In this document: piece after piece, positions 1 through 14,059 of the stretch
How positions within the stretch are numbered: the stretch's first letter is position 1
Layout of the letters: every line of letters begins with the position of its first letter
DNA from: Azolla caroliniana
Taxonomy: Eukaryota; Plantae; Polypodiophyta
NCBI GenBank assembly: GCA_043228905.1
Contig: JBHGNT010000010.1
Span: 17,980,001 to 18,044,000, forward strand
Length of the DNA: 64,000 nt
Direction of reading: 5' to 3'
Made by a program: the position numbers and the translations under genes
Notes under the pieces: generated by a model
Told to the model about the DNA's origin: nothing
Seen by the model: only the letters and a program-made list of their open reading frames with translations
Databases searched by the model: none

Positions 1-181
1 ATACACTAAAGTTTTGACTTGTAAAAACAAGAAGAGAGGACAATTTTGACACCAGATTTAAAGAATGAATTCACCCAAAAAAGGCATGTTAAAAGACCTT
101 CCTTTTATGTTTATACTTGAGCACTAAATAGCATGTGTAGCTCCCTGATGAAAGACTAGGAGAAAACATATTGACTCTTAC

Positions 182-3100
182 CGTTTGTAAAGTAGCATGT
201 ATGCTCTTTGCTGCATCACCTTTGCCAAGTTAACCTCCTTAACCTGACCAATTCAAATTTCAAATATAATTGTACGTATGCTGTTAAGAACACAAAAGAT
301 CAATATATGTATGTTGGTGTATGTGGATATAATATACACTTTTTGAAGAGAAATATTCCAAAGATTTTTTTTTTAAATAATTTCATGTGTATGTTTACTA
401 GCACAAAATACATATGTGGAAGGACTTTTAAGATATAATATAACAATTTCTAATGCCAAGAGTTTGTTTACCGTGCTGTCATCAATTTTATACCAAAACC
501 CATGGAGATCTTTAACATAGCAGATGTAGTGACCGAAGAAGGAAGAATTGAGCATATCTATGTGAACAACAACACCATATAGTTCATAACGAGGTGAATC
601 ATCACTCTCTTTACTCATGAAAGGTGTTATGTCAAGAACATTCGGGAATGCCACCCTCTTGTTGAGCTTTCCAAATTTCCCTGACTAATTCCAATAAACA
701 ACCAGAAAGAAAACCACACTTTTAAGGAATCAAAAAACTTCCCCATGAATTTCTGAACCTTTTGACCGCTATGTATATTGTAGGATTTTGTACTAACCTG
801 AAACCTTTTAAGAGCAATAGTCAATATGTTTGGGGCTTTGTGAATGACTAATCGTTTCCATGCTTTCACATATGCATCACACCTGTAAAAAAAGGAAAAA
901 CATGTTTCTTTATACTCAAGTTCTTAACAAAGAAAACCCAAAGGAAATGCTTTTAGTTGAAATAGAAAACATCGGTGCTAGGAAAAGAGCACAAAAGTAT
1001 ACCTATCACACTTATATTTATTATCATCATCTAGCCACTCCATGGCAGTAAACTGAGCTAATGCATCTTCCAATGTGTCTAAATTGCCTTGGATCTCCAC
1101 AGCAAGGTCCATCATGTTTTCATACTTGTATGATTCATGCTGACACTGCATACACCTTACCTGATCATCATTAAGCCCACAAACAAATGCACGATGAAAA
1201 TATAAAAACTTTCAAACACAAAAATACAGGTAAAATTTTTAAGAACCAAAGTTGAGTTCTTAAAGAAAGAATGATTGCCTGCGATCGAAGATAGCCACCA
1301 AAAATGTGTTGTATCAAGGTAGTCTCTTGCATCCTGGAATCAACAGTGTTATGACCACCCACTTGATCGAAACAAATGGACTGCATGGAATCAATGGCAA
1401 ACCTGAATCCACAATTCATTTTCCATTAACTACTCCAAGTCGTAAAGATTCAATTCAGTTACAGAATTTCAAGATCAAATATAAAAGAATTTCATCCAAA
1501 ATAGAGAAAATGCATTGAATAGAGAGAAACAAATATGCACCTCATGAATTCATGAGCATCTTCTTGACGCCCAGACCCCATGTGGCTTCCAATGTTTTGT
1601 ATTCCCAAAACTATACGTTTGGGTTGAAATGGGGTCCGACCTTCCTTTACTGTGTCAATGTGATTCTTGAGCTCACACATGAAGCACCAAACACTTCTCT
1701 GACCTGAGTATAAATTTTCATTTAACCGAATATCTTTTATAAAAGGGATGAGATGATCACATAATGAAATATAAAAAGATGCATCAGATCATAAAGCATA
1801 TTTATTTTAAAAGTAGTTTTTGTAGGTAACGTACATTCTTCTTTTTTGTGGTGTCCTTCCAAAAGATATGCAGCGAGGGGTCGAGTATACGTCAAGCATT
1901 GCAAAACCACATTTGCAAAACAGCTGATATAATCCAAAGGACAAAACAATTACAAAATGGGACCAAAAATGGATTTTTATCGCATCAGACTCAGATATAG
2001 TCCAGTAAAGGAAAAAAGGCAAATATTTTCTTCCTTTTTTGCATACAAAAAATACTATTAAAATGGTTACATAAAAATAAAATAGTTCTTACGTATTTCC
2101 AAGGTTAACCAGCCCACAAGGAGGAAGCCTCAACTTATCCCATGTGAAAAGTTCTATAAAATGGTCATATGGAAACAAAATCTGCACCTAAGAAAAGTTT
2201 GGATGAATTAGAGAGCAGATGAGTATCCCACATGTTTGCAAAATAAAAGAATTATCAATGAAGAACTTGACAACCTTTCAGATGCAACGATTTTTTATTG
2301 TTTTATTTACCTTTTTCTGTTAAGAGGGAATGAAATTCACTTGGAAACTAGATGGCCCAAAAACTTTACCTTAGTAGGTTTCGGAAGGTTTTCATTAGTT
2401 GGAGCTGGATCCACAGGCTGTCGTGTGTTTGGAGTTGCTCTAGGTAATTTTTCTTCTGGCAATATACCCTTCAAGTCTGAATCCTCGTGTTTGGATGGGA
2501 TTGCGATAGAGCTCTGGGAAGAAGATAAATTATTAGAAATCAATTCCGCATTTGATTGTGGCAATGAGCTTAAAAGCTGTTTTTCCAACTCATAGCATTC
2601 ATGTTTGTGTCCTTCACGCCAGTGCTTTACTTGACACAGTTCTGAGCTGAAATGAACAGCACAATGCAAACATCACTCATCCTTTAGCAGCATTAGATTA
2701 TAAATGCTGACATAATCACTCCTAAAAATGCTTAAGAGTCTACTTAAAATATCTTTTTAGGGCCAGAATATTTTATACTTAATAATATGTGTGTGCAATG
2801 TGTGGAGATAAAGAGAAAGTATTATTAAATTCTTTTATGAGACCAAAATGGCCAATGAGTCCAAATGAGAGATTATATCTTCATAATTGTCTCATCTTAA
2901 AGAACAACAAACCAAAATAAATAGAATGGTTTTAATGAAATTGCCTAAGGTATCCAGATATTTCTGTTAGTTAAGCATTTAATGATGTGAGCTCAGATGG
3001 ACCAAAACTTCCGCCTTCAAAAGAAATCCAAGATGGAGAGTTCAAATGCTAGGAGAGCACCTTCTGCATCAGGTGGTAATGGCCTCAATTTTGTCAATAA

Positions 3101-5104
3101 CAAGGCCTATGTGCTCACAAAATTGCTCTTTCCCAATCTACTGTGGCCTCTTTCGAATGTTGTGATCGAGACCATACGTGTGTAATTCTGGATTGACTTG
3201 TAGCATGGGAGAACCTGTTTGTGCCAAAGGTTTTTAATGGTTCTTTGATGAGGAGGCTTTGGTGGCTTTATATTTATCCTTGAACAATTTCCATGTCTCT
3301 TGATTTCTAGAAAGAGCACTCCTAGGCATCATTAAAATCATTGGTCTTTGTACTCTGTTACAATTCCCAGAATAGTCCCAAGCGAGAGAGTATGTGTGAG
3401 TAAGTAACTGATCAGATGAGAATTCAAGCCAATGGGTTATATAATGTAATGATCCAGGTAGAGAATAGTTGGTGATGAAATATTTTCTCGAAGGAGTTAT
3501 TTACAAATTAGAAGGCCTTTATGCATACACTTCAAACCATTAATATGATAGATCTGGATCAATCACTCATGTACATTATCAGATTCTGCCCTCTGTTTGG
3601 ATGGATTCATATTCTTTGGTTTTTGCGTGATAATTGGACACTGTTCGCAAAACAATTGCAGTGATAATAGTCAGCTATCTTTCTGAAGATTTCAATGGAT
3701 TGTGTACTGATAACTCCTAATACAGAGTGAATTTACCACGATCATGATGTTGCTTGATACATACTCATAATGAGAATTACAACGTTAGTTTCTGTGAATA
3801 TGGCAAAAAATAGTTTCCTGCAGTTCTGTGTTTCACAAGATGCATCTTCACCATGAGAGCCAATGCAATATAGCTTTGAACCACTAATGCATGTCACTGA
3901 AAATATAGCAAATGCATACATATGCAAAATATACAGATCAAAATGATCAACTTTCTGGCATATAATAGTACTTTCAACTTTCAACATCTAAGAGCCCTAA
4001 GATGGAACTCAGGTAATTAGTTTTAGAGATGAACCACTTAGTGGGCTTGTTTTGCAACAACAAACATTTTGTTGATTATAAGTATCATTAAAAGATGCAC
4101 ACTATAAGCAATATGTATAACCAAATCATCCAATGGAAGGGAATGGAATCAAAGAAATAGGTGCCTTGTTTCTATTACCATCCTAACTTTGTCTGATACC
4201 ATCTTTCAGGATAATCACAAATGCATGAGCTTTTCTTCTGTGATGGCGATCTTCAGGGGGGCAGTAATTTCAGTTCTAGTGATCAGGAACCAAACACGAT
4301 TGGTGTCAGTTACCCGTGATTTAGGAAGCTGGACTAAACACTGTAATTTTATTTACTACTTGTTTCAAGAAGTTAGCATATAAGCAAGCAGTTGTAATCT
4401 TTGTTATCTCACATTGATGTTAAGCATATATTTTCTTTCCATTCTTTAGGATGACTCTTTATGGGAACATGGGTTCAAGTCGAAACTTACCAGTATTTAA
4501 CAGCTTTACATCTTGAGCATTGTTTCTTGGTGGGGGCAGAGCATACAACGCAAATACCTCGACTTGCCGATATTCGACCACTTCCCGAGAAAGATGCTTG
4601 GTGGTGGAAAACTGAACCACTTTCAACAGAAGGTGAAAGGCTAGTAATCCGACCTGATGAACTCCCTCCAGTAATAATTGGATCCAACGAACTCTCTCTA
4701 TGATCCCCAGTAACCCAAGCAGACGAACTCTCACTAGTAATCCAAGAGGATGAACTCTCACTAGTAATCCGAGCTGAATAGCTATCGTGATTTGGCCTTG
4801 GTTTAGTAGACCCACTAAGCTCTACTAATGATGATGACCTAGGATCTTCACCTCCAAAGTTGCCTCTTCTTCTTGATGTTGTTGTTTGCTGAGAAAGCTG
4901 AAATTCCGAGGCTAATCGAAAATCTTCTGCTGCTTGCCTCTCAATAAGTGCAACCTCTTCAGCTGCCAATTGTTGCAATTTAAGAACCTCAATGTTTCGA
5001 GCCTCAGAAGCTTTTACTTGTCTCCAAATGAGATGGTAAAACACACAAACTACGACAATGGCAAATAGAATAGCTGGGATGTTAACATCCCCCACCTCAT
5101 GCAT
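182..5104 (-). CDS. Ubiquitin carboxyl-terminal hydrolase (USP/C19 peptidase) with N-terminal hydrophobic segment and MYND zinc finger, UBP15-19 clade; multi-exon, 3' end lies beyond window start
   Basis: Exons assembled by eye in frame: 5104-4491, 2646-2370, 2181-2093, 1923-1835, 1703-1541, 1402-1279, 1160-1003, 882-798, 684-472, 243-182. Motifs: [18 protein letters not shown]|[17 protein letters not shown]; Cys box [18 protein letters not shown]; QEDAHEFMR; LTIALKRFQ; His box [24 protein letters not shown]; AYMLLY. All introns are GT-AG except one GC-AG (1278-1161). Confidence 0.95.
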
Positions 5105-5299
5105 CTAAGGCTTTCCGGAACCTTCTTTCTTTCCACATTAATCTTGTCGATGAAAGCCTCTTAAATTATTCTGAATGAGAGGTTGTTGGTTTGATTCCTT
5201 CCTGGTCCAAATGAAAGACTTTTCTTTTTCCTGAGGAAACTTCCTAATCCAACTTGCAATTTACGAACTTCCTGATTCAATTGAGAGTTCCTTTGATTG

Positions 5300-5720
5300 A
5301 ATCTGACCAAACTCAAATGAAAAACTTCCAAATTCAAACAAATAAAAACCGATCGAATTCCAACAAGAGCCCTTTGAATCAATTTTGGCCGCCCAAATGA
5401 GAATTTCCCAACTCGAAAAAACCCCTTCCAAATTCAAACAAATAAAAACTTACTGAACTCCAAGGAGAGGTCTTCAGATCAATGCTGCCAGAGCCCAAAT
5501 GATTTCCGAATCAAACAAACAGAAAACTACTAAATTCCAAGGAGATTTCTTCTTCTGAAGTCATACAATTCTGGCCAATCCCATTTCCAAATTCGTAAAA
5601 AAGCCTTCTGAATTCATACAAACAGAAACTTCTTCTGAATACCAACAAAAAGACCTAGTCAGTTCACAAGTGTGGTTCTTGGATCAAATCTGAGCAGGCC
5701 CAAATAAAAGCTTCCCAAAG
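5300..5720. repeat. Degenerate ~80-100 bp tandem repeat upstream of the UBP start codon
   Basis: A CTTCCAAATTCAAACAAATAAAAAC-like core recurs at ~5325, ~5425, ~5505 and ~5604. Confidence 0.6.
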
Positions 5721-6098
5721 TGGAAGAATAATGAGCAGAACTCAGATCAATCCACCCAAGACCAAACAAAAATTCTCCAAAAACTCCCCAAATTTCGACG
5801 AAACCTTTCTGGTTCCGAACAAATGCATCCCAAAATCAGAGGAGAGGTCTTGAGTTTGATTCCTAGCGTGCTGATTATTTCATCACCAAATTGCATTACC
5901 GAATTCCATCTGTTCCTTTTATATATGCAATCATGAAACCTTGTGGATCCAAGTGAGGCAACTTCTGTCTGCAGGAAATCTGATCAAATCAAAGAAGACC
6001 CAGAACCCAGAATATCTCAACATTTATAGATAGAAATAAGAATAAGAAGCATTAGCCAAACTTTGTTTCCCCTTCTTCTTTCCTTTCTTCCTTTCCTC

Positions 6099-6155
6099 TT
6101 CTTCTTCTTCTTCTTCTTCTTCTTCTTCTTTTTCTTCTTTTTCTTCTTCTTCTTC
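6099..6155. repeat. (TTC)n microsatellite in a pyrimidine-rich tract
   Basis: Read directly from the sequence. Confidence 0.9.
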
Positions 6156-6724
6156 CTCCCTGCCTATGTTTTACATTCTTCCTACCTTCCTATGTTTTCC
6201 CTTCTTCTACTTCCTCCTCCCTTCCTTCCTTCCTTCCAAGTTCCTCCTTGCTTTCTTTCTTTCTTTCTTTCTTTCTTCTAGGAAATCCAGACTCAGGACA
6301 GAGGCCAAACAGAAGAAGAAGAAGAAGAAGGACCCAAATTAGAGGGATGGGCTATATTATTTCCAAGCTTTCATGATTTCCACGTTTGAAATCATGGGAG
6401 AACCTCTGAGTGACGAGAAGGAGGAGGAGATGAGGAGGAGGAGAAGGAGAAGGATCATTTTCTCTGCGTGTGCTCCTTTTTTCTCTAATTATTATATATA
6501 TATATATATATATGTATGTATATTTATTTATTTATTTATTTATTTATCTATTTAACTTTAATGGATTTTATTTGATTTAATTTGGGGGTTGTTAAGTTTG
6601 TTTTCTGGTCTGTTTGGTTTTAACTTATCTGTTAGGTTTTAACTTATGTGGGGAGAGGGGGGGGGGGGGGAGTACTGGTCTTGTAATAAGAAAATGTCTC
6701 CCACCTCCAATTTGCGAATCAAGA

Positions 6725-6915
6725 CAAATACAGATGCGGATGTAGATGTTGTGTGATGCGGATACAAATTATCCGAATGCAAATGATTCGGACGTAGATC
6801 ATGCGGATGCGAATGATTTCGAATGCAAATGATTCGGATGCAGATTTATACAGATGCGAATGGTGACGGATGCGTGTGAATGCGGACTCGGATGGCGATG
6901 CTCGGACACAATCTG
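6725..6915. repeat. CGGATG/CGAATG hexamer-type array, probably a subterminal remnant of a non-autonomous DNA transposon
   Basis: Many GATGCGGAT/GCGAAT/TTCGGA units; no intact TIR or TSD pair found. Confidence 0.45.
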
Positions 6916-9900
6916 CATTAGCTTGAACCATCTTCGACCGAATCAGCTCTAGACCTGCTACTCAGCTCAAGACCTAGCCGAATCACACTCCCATCCTCTG
7001 ATCGGCCAATGAGAAACAAGGAAAGAAAAAGAGAAACCTGCCTCCCTTTCTTACCACGCCGCATCTTATCAATAATCAAAAAGAATGCTTCTTCATCGTC
7101 CATTACTTGTTTTTGTTTTTCCGATGTTGTGGTCATTTCTCCACACTTCGTCATATATCATTCCAATTTGACTCCTCTAGTTTAATCGATGGTACGACAC
7201 TTCTTTTACGAAAGTGTGGCCATGTTCCTCGTGTGTTAAACAAGGAGCCGAGCATGAAGAGCGGAGCACACCATCTATGATCCGCAACCAACAAATATAA
7301 AACAAAACAAAGGACATGCGTGATAAAAAACCAAACAAATTTGGGGAATTATTTGAGAACATGCTCTAGGAGCCGAAAAAAAAGAGCATCTATGCGGAGT
7401 GCTAAAAGTGTGCTCTTCAAAATATGCTTGGTCAAAAGGTGATTCTCTAATCTCGCTTTCACGAGATTAGGAATCTCTGGCTCACTCTTCATAAAAACAT
7501 GGTAGATTTATGTCATCATGTTGTAGGCTAGTGGTAAACCCATTGTTACCGGGGAACACAAATGGTCTCCATTGAACAACATTACCAAATGAGCTATAAC
7601 ACCTCTCTCTCCCTACACATGGAAAAGTTTCATTTTGGTTCCAAGTAAGATATCGTCCTTCCTACCTACTTATATCTATGCATGCATGTGTGTACCATGT
7701 GTATGTGTATCCTCTCTCTCTTCTCTTTAATGTGATGTGTGCAATATATGCATTTGTGATGGTTGTTGTACAAACAACCTCGCTTGCTTGAAAACTATAT
7801 TGTTACAATGACAATCCTAGTTATTTTGACTATCAAAATATCAAGTGTGATGTAAAGTATGTCATGAAGGTTGGCGAGAAACGTGAGAAAATCCAAAACA
7901 ATTGGGGTTGAGATTGATATTTCCCTTCATGCATGTGACCGTGAATAGAAAGGGAGATATCTAACTTCTTAGGAATCACTTTTTGACCAAGCGAAGATAC
8001 CAAATATTTAAATATTTCCTTAATACATTTTGAAATTGCATTGAGCACTAAGCCTTGTCATTCCTTTAACAAGCCATACTTCAGAGTAAGATAGCATAGT
8101 CGTGCTCCGCTATAATATCAATGCAATGAATGCATGGTCAAGAGAATTGCATATTCGATAACATAAAGGTTTGATGAAGAGTGTGTTGTGCGCCAAATCA
8201 CACACAAATTCCTGAATACACGCACATATGAGTAATGTAACTAAATGCATGCACTTAGCTTGTGTGGAGCATTAATATCAAAATTTATTCAGATGTCACA
8301 TATACATGTAATCATGTATGTATGTATGTATATACAATTGGCCTCATTGTCTATGAGTGCATATGGCATCTATATATGTGTATTAAATAGTATAACTTGT
8401 CTCTAACCTTAATGTGTAACGGTATGTGCGCTCTACTTCGTCTAAACTCAAAAACATTCCTTTATAACACAATGTAATTTGGCCCACAGGGTTCAAGATC
8501 GATGCTATTTGGTTCTTGGTCTAAGTTATGCCGAGTCTTTTTTCCAGACTTTAATATACCATCGAATGCATAAAGTGGCCACCTGTCCAATAAACGAAAT
8601 TATATGTTATTAGAGTGGGCCATCTTATGAAATAACTTTGAACATAGAAATTTTGTCCATTAGGGAGCTTTATTGGGGAGTTCGTCATCTCGGAAAAAGA
8701 AAAAAAAATACCCATGTGGTTTAGAAAAGCGCAATGTTTATCTGTGTGCGCGTGTTTGCATGCATTCAGCCTAATTGTGATTCCAATTGCATTGATCAAT
8801 TGATAGAAAAAAAACTAACGTTACTCTTGTGCCAATTGGATATTTTTATACCAAAGGAACTACCTCTTTCAAATTCTCTTTATTTGAGAATAGGTATCAA
8901 ATTACAACCACAACGATCTAGTTTCCTATCCACATATATTGACATTTTATTCTTGCATTATCCCATTTTATCACTTTATTTCCGTATGGATCTCACATTT
9001 ATGTGTACACAAATGCTCATTGCTACTTGGAAAACATTTTAGGACTCGACATGTCACAATATATGTATGTGTACATGACCAAAACTTGAGATGAATATCG
9101 GTTGACAATGCCATAGACATCTTCATATATATATCGAAGATGAGGAAATCAACTCCGACTCGAATGATTGACCTCTTCATAAATATCCGAGATGAGGAAA
9201 TCAACTCTGACTCAAACGAAATGTCGCATCACTTGTGTAGAATGTTTGTCTTAACAATACAATTGTTTGCATCGTAACCATTAATGCTTACATAAAAATA
9301 ATCCAAATTAACTATGATCTACTCACTGTTTAGATAAAATAATAAAACATTGTGATTATAGTCTAAAAACATTAACAACTTCGCAAGCACTTAATCATAC
9401 TTCTCTAAAACCATTTTGTTAAAATGTTTTTCCATTGTAAAAGCTTATACTAGACAATAGTTTCACATTCTCATGTTCTTTAAGAAATAGAAAACATTAT
9501 GTAGACAAAAATAATAATGCAAAAATTAAGGGACGTATATCATGTTTGAATGTGTAAAGTCATGAAGACATTACATAAATGTTGGTTGAGACCATGATTC
9601 AATTTGGTTGTGATATATCATTGTTTGCTTGATTAAACAATTTGCTTTTGCATGCCCTTGTATTTATTTAAATAACTTGTCACTAGTACGTACTATAAAT
9701 AGCCGGCAACTCCCACAATGATATTTGGTAACTTGTACCATTGAAAGCATTGATATGATTGATCGTAGAAGATACTAGACCTAGAGCTATAATTTGTTAG
9801 AACAATAAAGGAACCAACTCTCTGAGCATTGGTACATAACGAAATCACCATTTCACCACTCGCATATTCATGGCCTACTTCCTTTCACCTTCTCCTAGCA

Positions 9901-12900
9901 ATGGGTCACGGTTGTGATCTCATGACAGGTACATATTTTAACTATATTGACACATTGTTTTCTCCGCACATTGGATTCCTTGAATAATTTTCAAGACTCC
10001 AGACTTTTCCCTTCTCATAGGTGCTACAATCACAACTCCATTTTTTCTAATATTAGCAAACACACTTGAAGAACGTCACTAAACTTGTTTGTCTCTCTAG
10101 TTTGAGAGGCTTGTTCTTTGGACTAGGACAATCTCTTGTTTTGCTTTAAATTTTGGAATGAATTTAAGTTTGCTTCCAAATTGGCTTTCAAGGGACAATT
10201 ATATTTCTAAAGTAGATCATCACCCCCAGGCTCACTCGTATTTGGAAGATTATATGCCTTACCAATGAGTTTGTCACCACCGTCATTACCTTCTTTTCTC
10301 CTACATATTAAACTTTTCTTTGTTGAACTGCACCTTTACTTTTATATCAATAACATGATTGTCATTCACGTTATGACATCACTTTTAAGCATCTAGCTTG
10401 GTTTCCATCAAACTTTCTTTGCTTCTTAAAGTGAGGATTTGTTTTAACCCAAAAACTTTAAGACTACACTTGAAGGACCATGACTCCAACGAATTACATA
10501 TAGAAAATTGTCAAGAGTTGTATGTGATGCGGAGTAACAATCAAGTAGCTTGTCTGTGTGAAGGATCGCTTTGGGATTTACGAATGAAACAAATATCTTT
10601 CTTTAAATGCATATTTGATTGATAAAAGACAACTCGTTGAGTAAAATGCTTGTTTCATAAGATTGACATAAAAGAAAGGAACTTTTGAATCATATTATTG
10701 GCCAATCTTACATTTGAGGGGTCATCTATGAATAGGAGAAGTAGATCGACCATATTGCATGCCACAAAAGACATGGAATATTTAATTAAGATAATAAGTA
10801 GCTAGTTGACTACAATACCCATTACTTGATGGGAATTTACATAATATGCTCAACTTTTCAATTATTATGACAATAACCATTTATAAGGGTAAATGTTTAA
10901 GTACCAAGGATTATGTTTAGAGCAATAATTAAAAACCATAAGCAAGATTACAATAAATATCGACAAAGTTAGGGGTATTTTAGTGTGTGTGTGTGTGTGT
11001 GTATAGATATATGTAGCATTGGGTCCTTCGGTCTTAGTGGAGTAAGTTTGTTGCAACCAATCACAAAATTTAGATTCCCCAAAAGTACATACCAAAAGCC
11101 AACTCAACTTCAAGAAATATGTGTTGGAGTGGGGATCAAGTAAAAATGACCGTTCCGTTTTACCATTATTGTTATCATTGAGAATCACAATTGCAATCAC
11201 GAAAATGGTCATCCCAAATGATTCAAAGGCCTTGCAATTTGGTAATAACATTTGTTATCCAGTATGCATGATGTTTATCTCTCGTAAAGCATCTAGAAAA
11301 AGGTTTGGAAGATTAGTCTCATCATCAAAAGAAGCTCCTCCTTCCGAAGTGTTATGAAGAAGCGATCCTCTCATAAATAGTAGACGCAAAGACATCGATA
11401 TAAAAGAAAAAATAATGAGCTAAATCCATGATAATCAAGAAAGTTTCCCTTCATAGATCTATTGGCAGCTTTAGATTCTCTCTCCGCATATTTGATAAGG
11501 CAACAATAGCCAAATTCTATGAATGAGTTCCATGCAACATTGCAGGGAGTAGTTTGCAATTACACAAGAGACAATAATACTATAATCACGAGTAATGGTT
11601 GTTGGCCGTTCACTCGTGCAAGGCCTATCAATTGATGTAATAGAGCAAACCCTTGCTTGCATATGCATAGACTTTTTAACAATGTTCATAACTAACAACA
11701 AAAGCTCTTTCAACAATATGTATAAAATAGAATGCAAATTTATTAACCCCATCCACTTTCTTTCATTGTTAAATTTCTAACATTACAGTGATATCTAGTT
11801 TTCAACGTGGTCAATGGATTGAAAGTTCTTTCACTAAAACTTTCAAGTGCTTATCTATGCCAATCATATCCAGATTAAGGTTTCTAGACAATGTTCTTTC
11901 ATTAATGTCATGCCAATATCTTTTAGAGTAAAACATTTGATTGAAGATGGATATAGTTCGGCACGCTAAACAATTGTTAAAAGGCATTTGAAATCTAAAA
12001 AACAAACCATATTTTATATCTTGACATATGTCAATGTGCAATTTCACTAAAATCATGCAAAATCTATGTTTACATGGTCATTGGTGGTGGTTTTGATTAT
12101 GATGAATTAAAGTTAAGACACAATGTTCACTTAGTTTAATAAATGTATACAATTACATAGCTTCAACTCTAATGCAATTACACCATCTTTTTTACCTTCT
12201 TGATAAATCAATGTGTTAATACTACTTTACAAATGTAGATGCAATCAATCTATATATGTTTGAGATCTTTATATGCAGTTTTTTCCATCAAAATGTCATA
12301 CGAAATTTAAGCACATGATTTGCATATCACACAAAGATTCATATGAATGTTAAACAAACAACTCCGATCACACCAAGTACATTGAAGAATATGATCCCTA
12401 ATTAATAATTAAAGTGCATTAATTGATGTATCATCCGTATTACATGTTTTATATGTACAATGTATTCTTTTATCAACTCACCTTTTAATTTTGTGGAATA
12501 AATGTCAATGTTTGAAATATAATATTTCCACTTTATACAAGTGCATAAATAGACATATCACATGTTTTATTATTTATATTTACAATGAATTCTTTTATGA
12601 AAATTTCCTTCGAGTTTGTGGAAGAAATGGCCATGCGATATTCTTTAGCTTTGTTTTCAGTCCGTGGAAGAAATGTTAATGACACAAAGCTACTTATTCA
12701 AGGGCAAATCAATAATAAACACAATGTCAAACCTATCGCTCAAGGTTTAGAAACACAACCTTAATCCTCCAGGCTCCAATGCACAAGCTTTACCACCATT
12801 GTACCACTTATAATTGATTACCAATAATATTTGGTGATGCCCAAGGTCGTTCAAAGATGTGTACAATTGACATTATGCTTTGGCAAATAGTCCATCGTAG

Positions 12901-13599
12901 ACACAAAACCTATGCACATTCAACGGATGATAAATATAAAAATATGTATGGATGAGTTGTGTATAGTGTGACATCCAATCTAGGAAGCTCCACAAAAGTA
13001 GGTTTAGGGATTTCTCAATCTTACCTTGTGCTATGATCTCTTTGTGGATCAGTGCACAAATCCGTTCATGAATCTGGCTCTCCTACCATACATAATTCTT
13101 TTTTATCAAAACATTTCCTTGGCATAGATAAATAGATAGTGAATTTTATTATAAACCAACTCAATAATCAAATACGATCTATGGACCTAAAGTGAAACAT
13201 GTTCACATAATATGTATGGAGCTCATTCGTGACTTGATGTCGAAGAATTATATTAATGAAATTGTAATTAAGATTGCGCATTGTGATTTTAAGAGAAATG
13301 CGCACGTAGGAATACATATGGATTAATTATGTAAGGAAATGAAGGTCGATTATGATAAACAACGGAGCATCATAGTAGAGTGTGAAACTCAAACTTGTGT
13401 GTTGACTCAAGGTATCATACCAAGCACATGTCTTTGTATTAACGGAATTGTCTCTGCGCTAATATCATTTGCCAAGGGGTCTAGGTCATCATACACCCTA
13501 TTGATCATGGCCAATCGTGCATGAGTGGTTGTCAATCACTCTCGAGTCGCTAACCTAGCTTATCCTAATCTAGGGAACTCTTGCCTGCGGTTAGGGCCG

Positions 13600-13825
13600 T
13601 AGCCACAGACAAGTTTAAAATGAAGAAAAGAATGAGAAGTAGAAAATAAGAGAGGAATGAGAGAGAAATAAGATGTTGAAAATGTATTAACAATGAGAAC
13701 AAGGGTTACAATAGCAATGAGAACAAGGGTTACAAGAGTATGCCGAAGACTCGCGTTGAACCAGAATGGTTCATCAATAGTTCGATATATGTTTATATAA
13801 CAGACTTTGGATACATGCATGCTCA
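13600..13825 (-). mobile_element. LTR fragment of a Tcn1-like chromovirus (TATA, start-site palindrome, R/U5)
   Basis: GCGTTGAACCAGAATGGTTCA (~13753) resembles GCGTTGAACCAATTTGGTTCA in LTR 44938-45403; a minus-strand TATATAAA lies at ~13793-13799. Confidence 0.5.
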
Positions 13826-14059
13826 TTGTCGTGAATCTCATAATTAATTTCCGCAGCTTCAAATTTCCGCAAATGAAAAGCAACTAGATATAATAGCCCG
13901 TTTTCTTTGGGTTGTGAGAGGACACTCCCGAGTGCAAAAATTGATGCATCAGCTTCCAAAATAAAAGGCTTGTCTTGGTCAACATGGATCAAAATAGGAG
14001 CTGACGTGAATGCACGTTTTAAACTTTCGAATACCTCAACCATACTAGAATTCCATATG

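Noticed and set aside
6063-6281. Phe-rich ORF
   Set aside because: It is the translation of a TTC microsatellite.
9680-9700. CACTAGTA as a CACTA terminus
   Set aside because: No matching opposite TIR or 3-bp TSD found.
13827-13834. TGTCGTGA resembling a Trp-clan LTR start
   Set aside because: It is the antisense of the RNase H codons for IHD and has no LTR body behind it.
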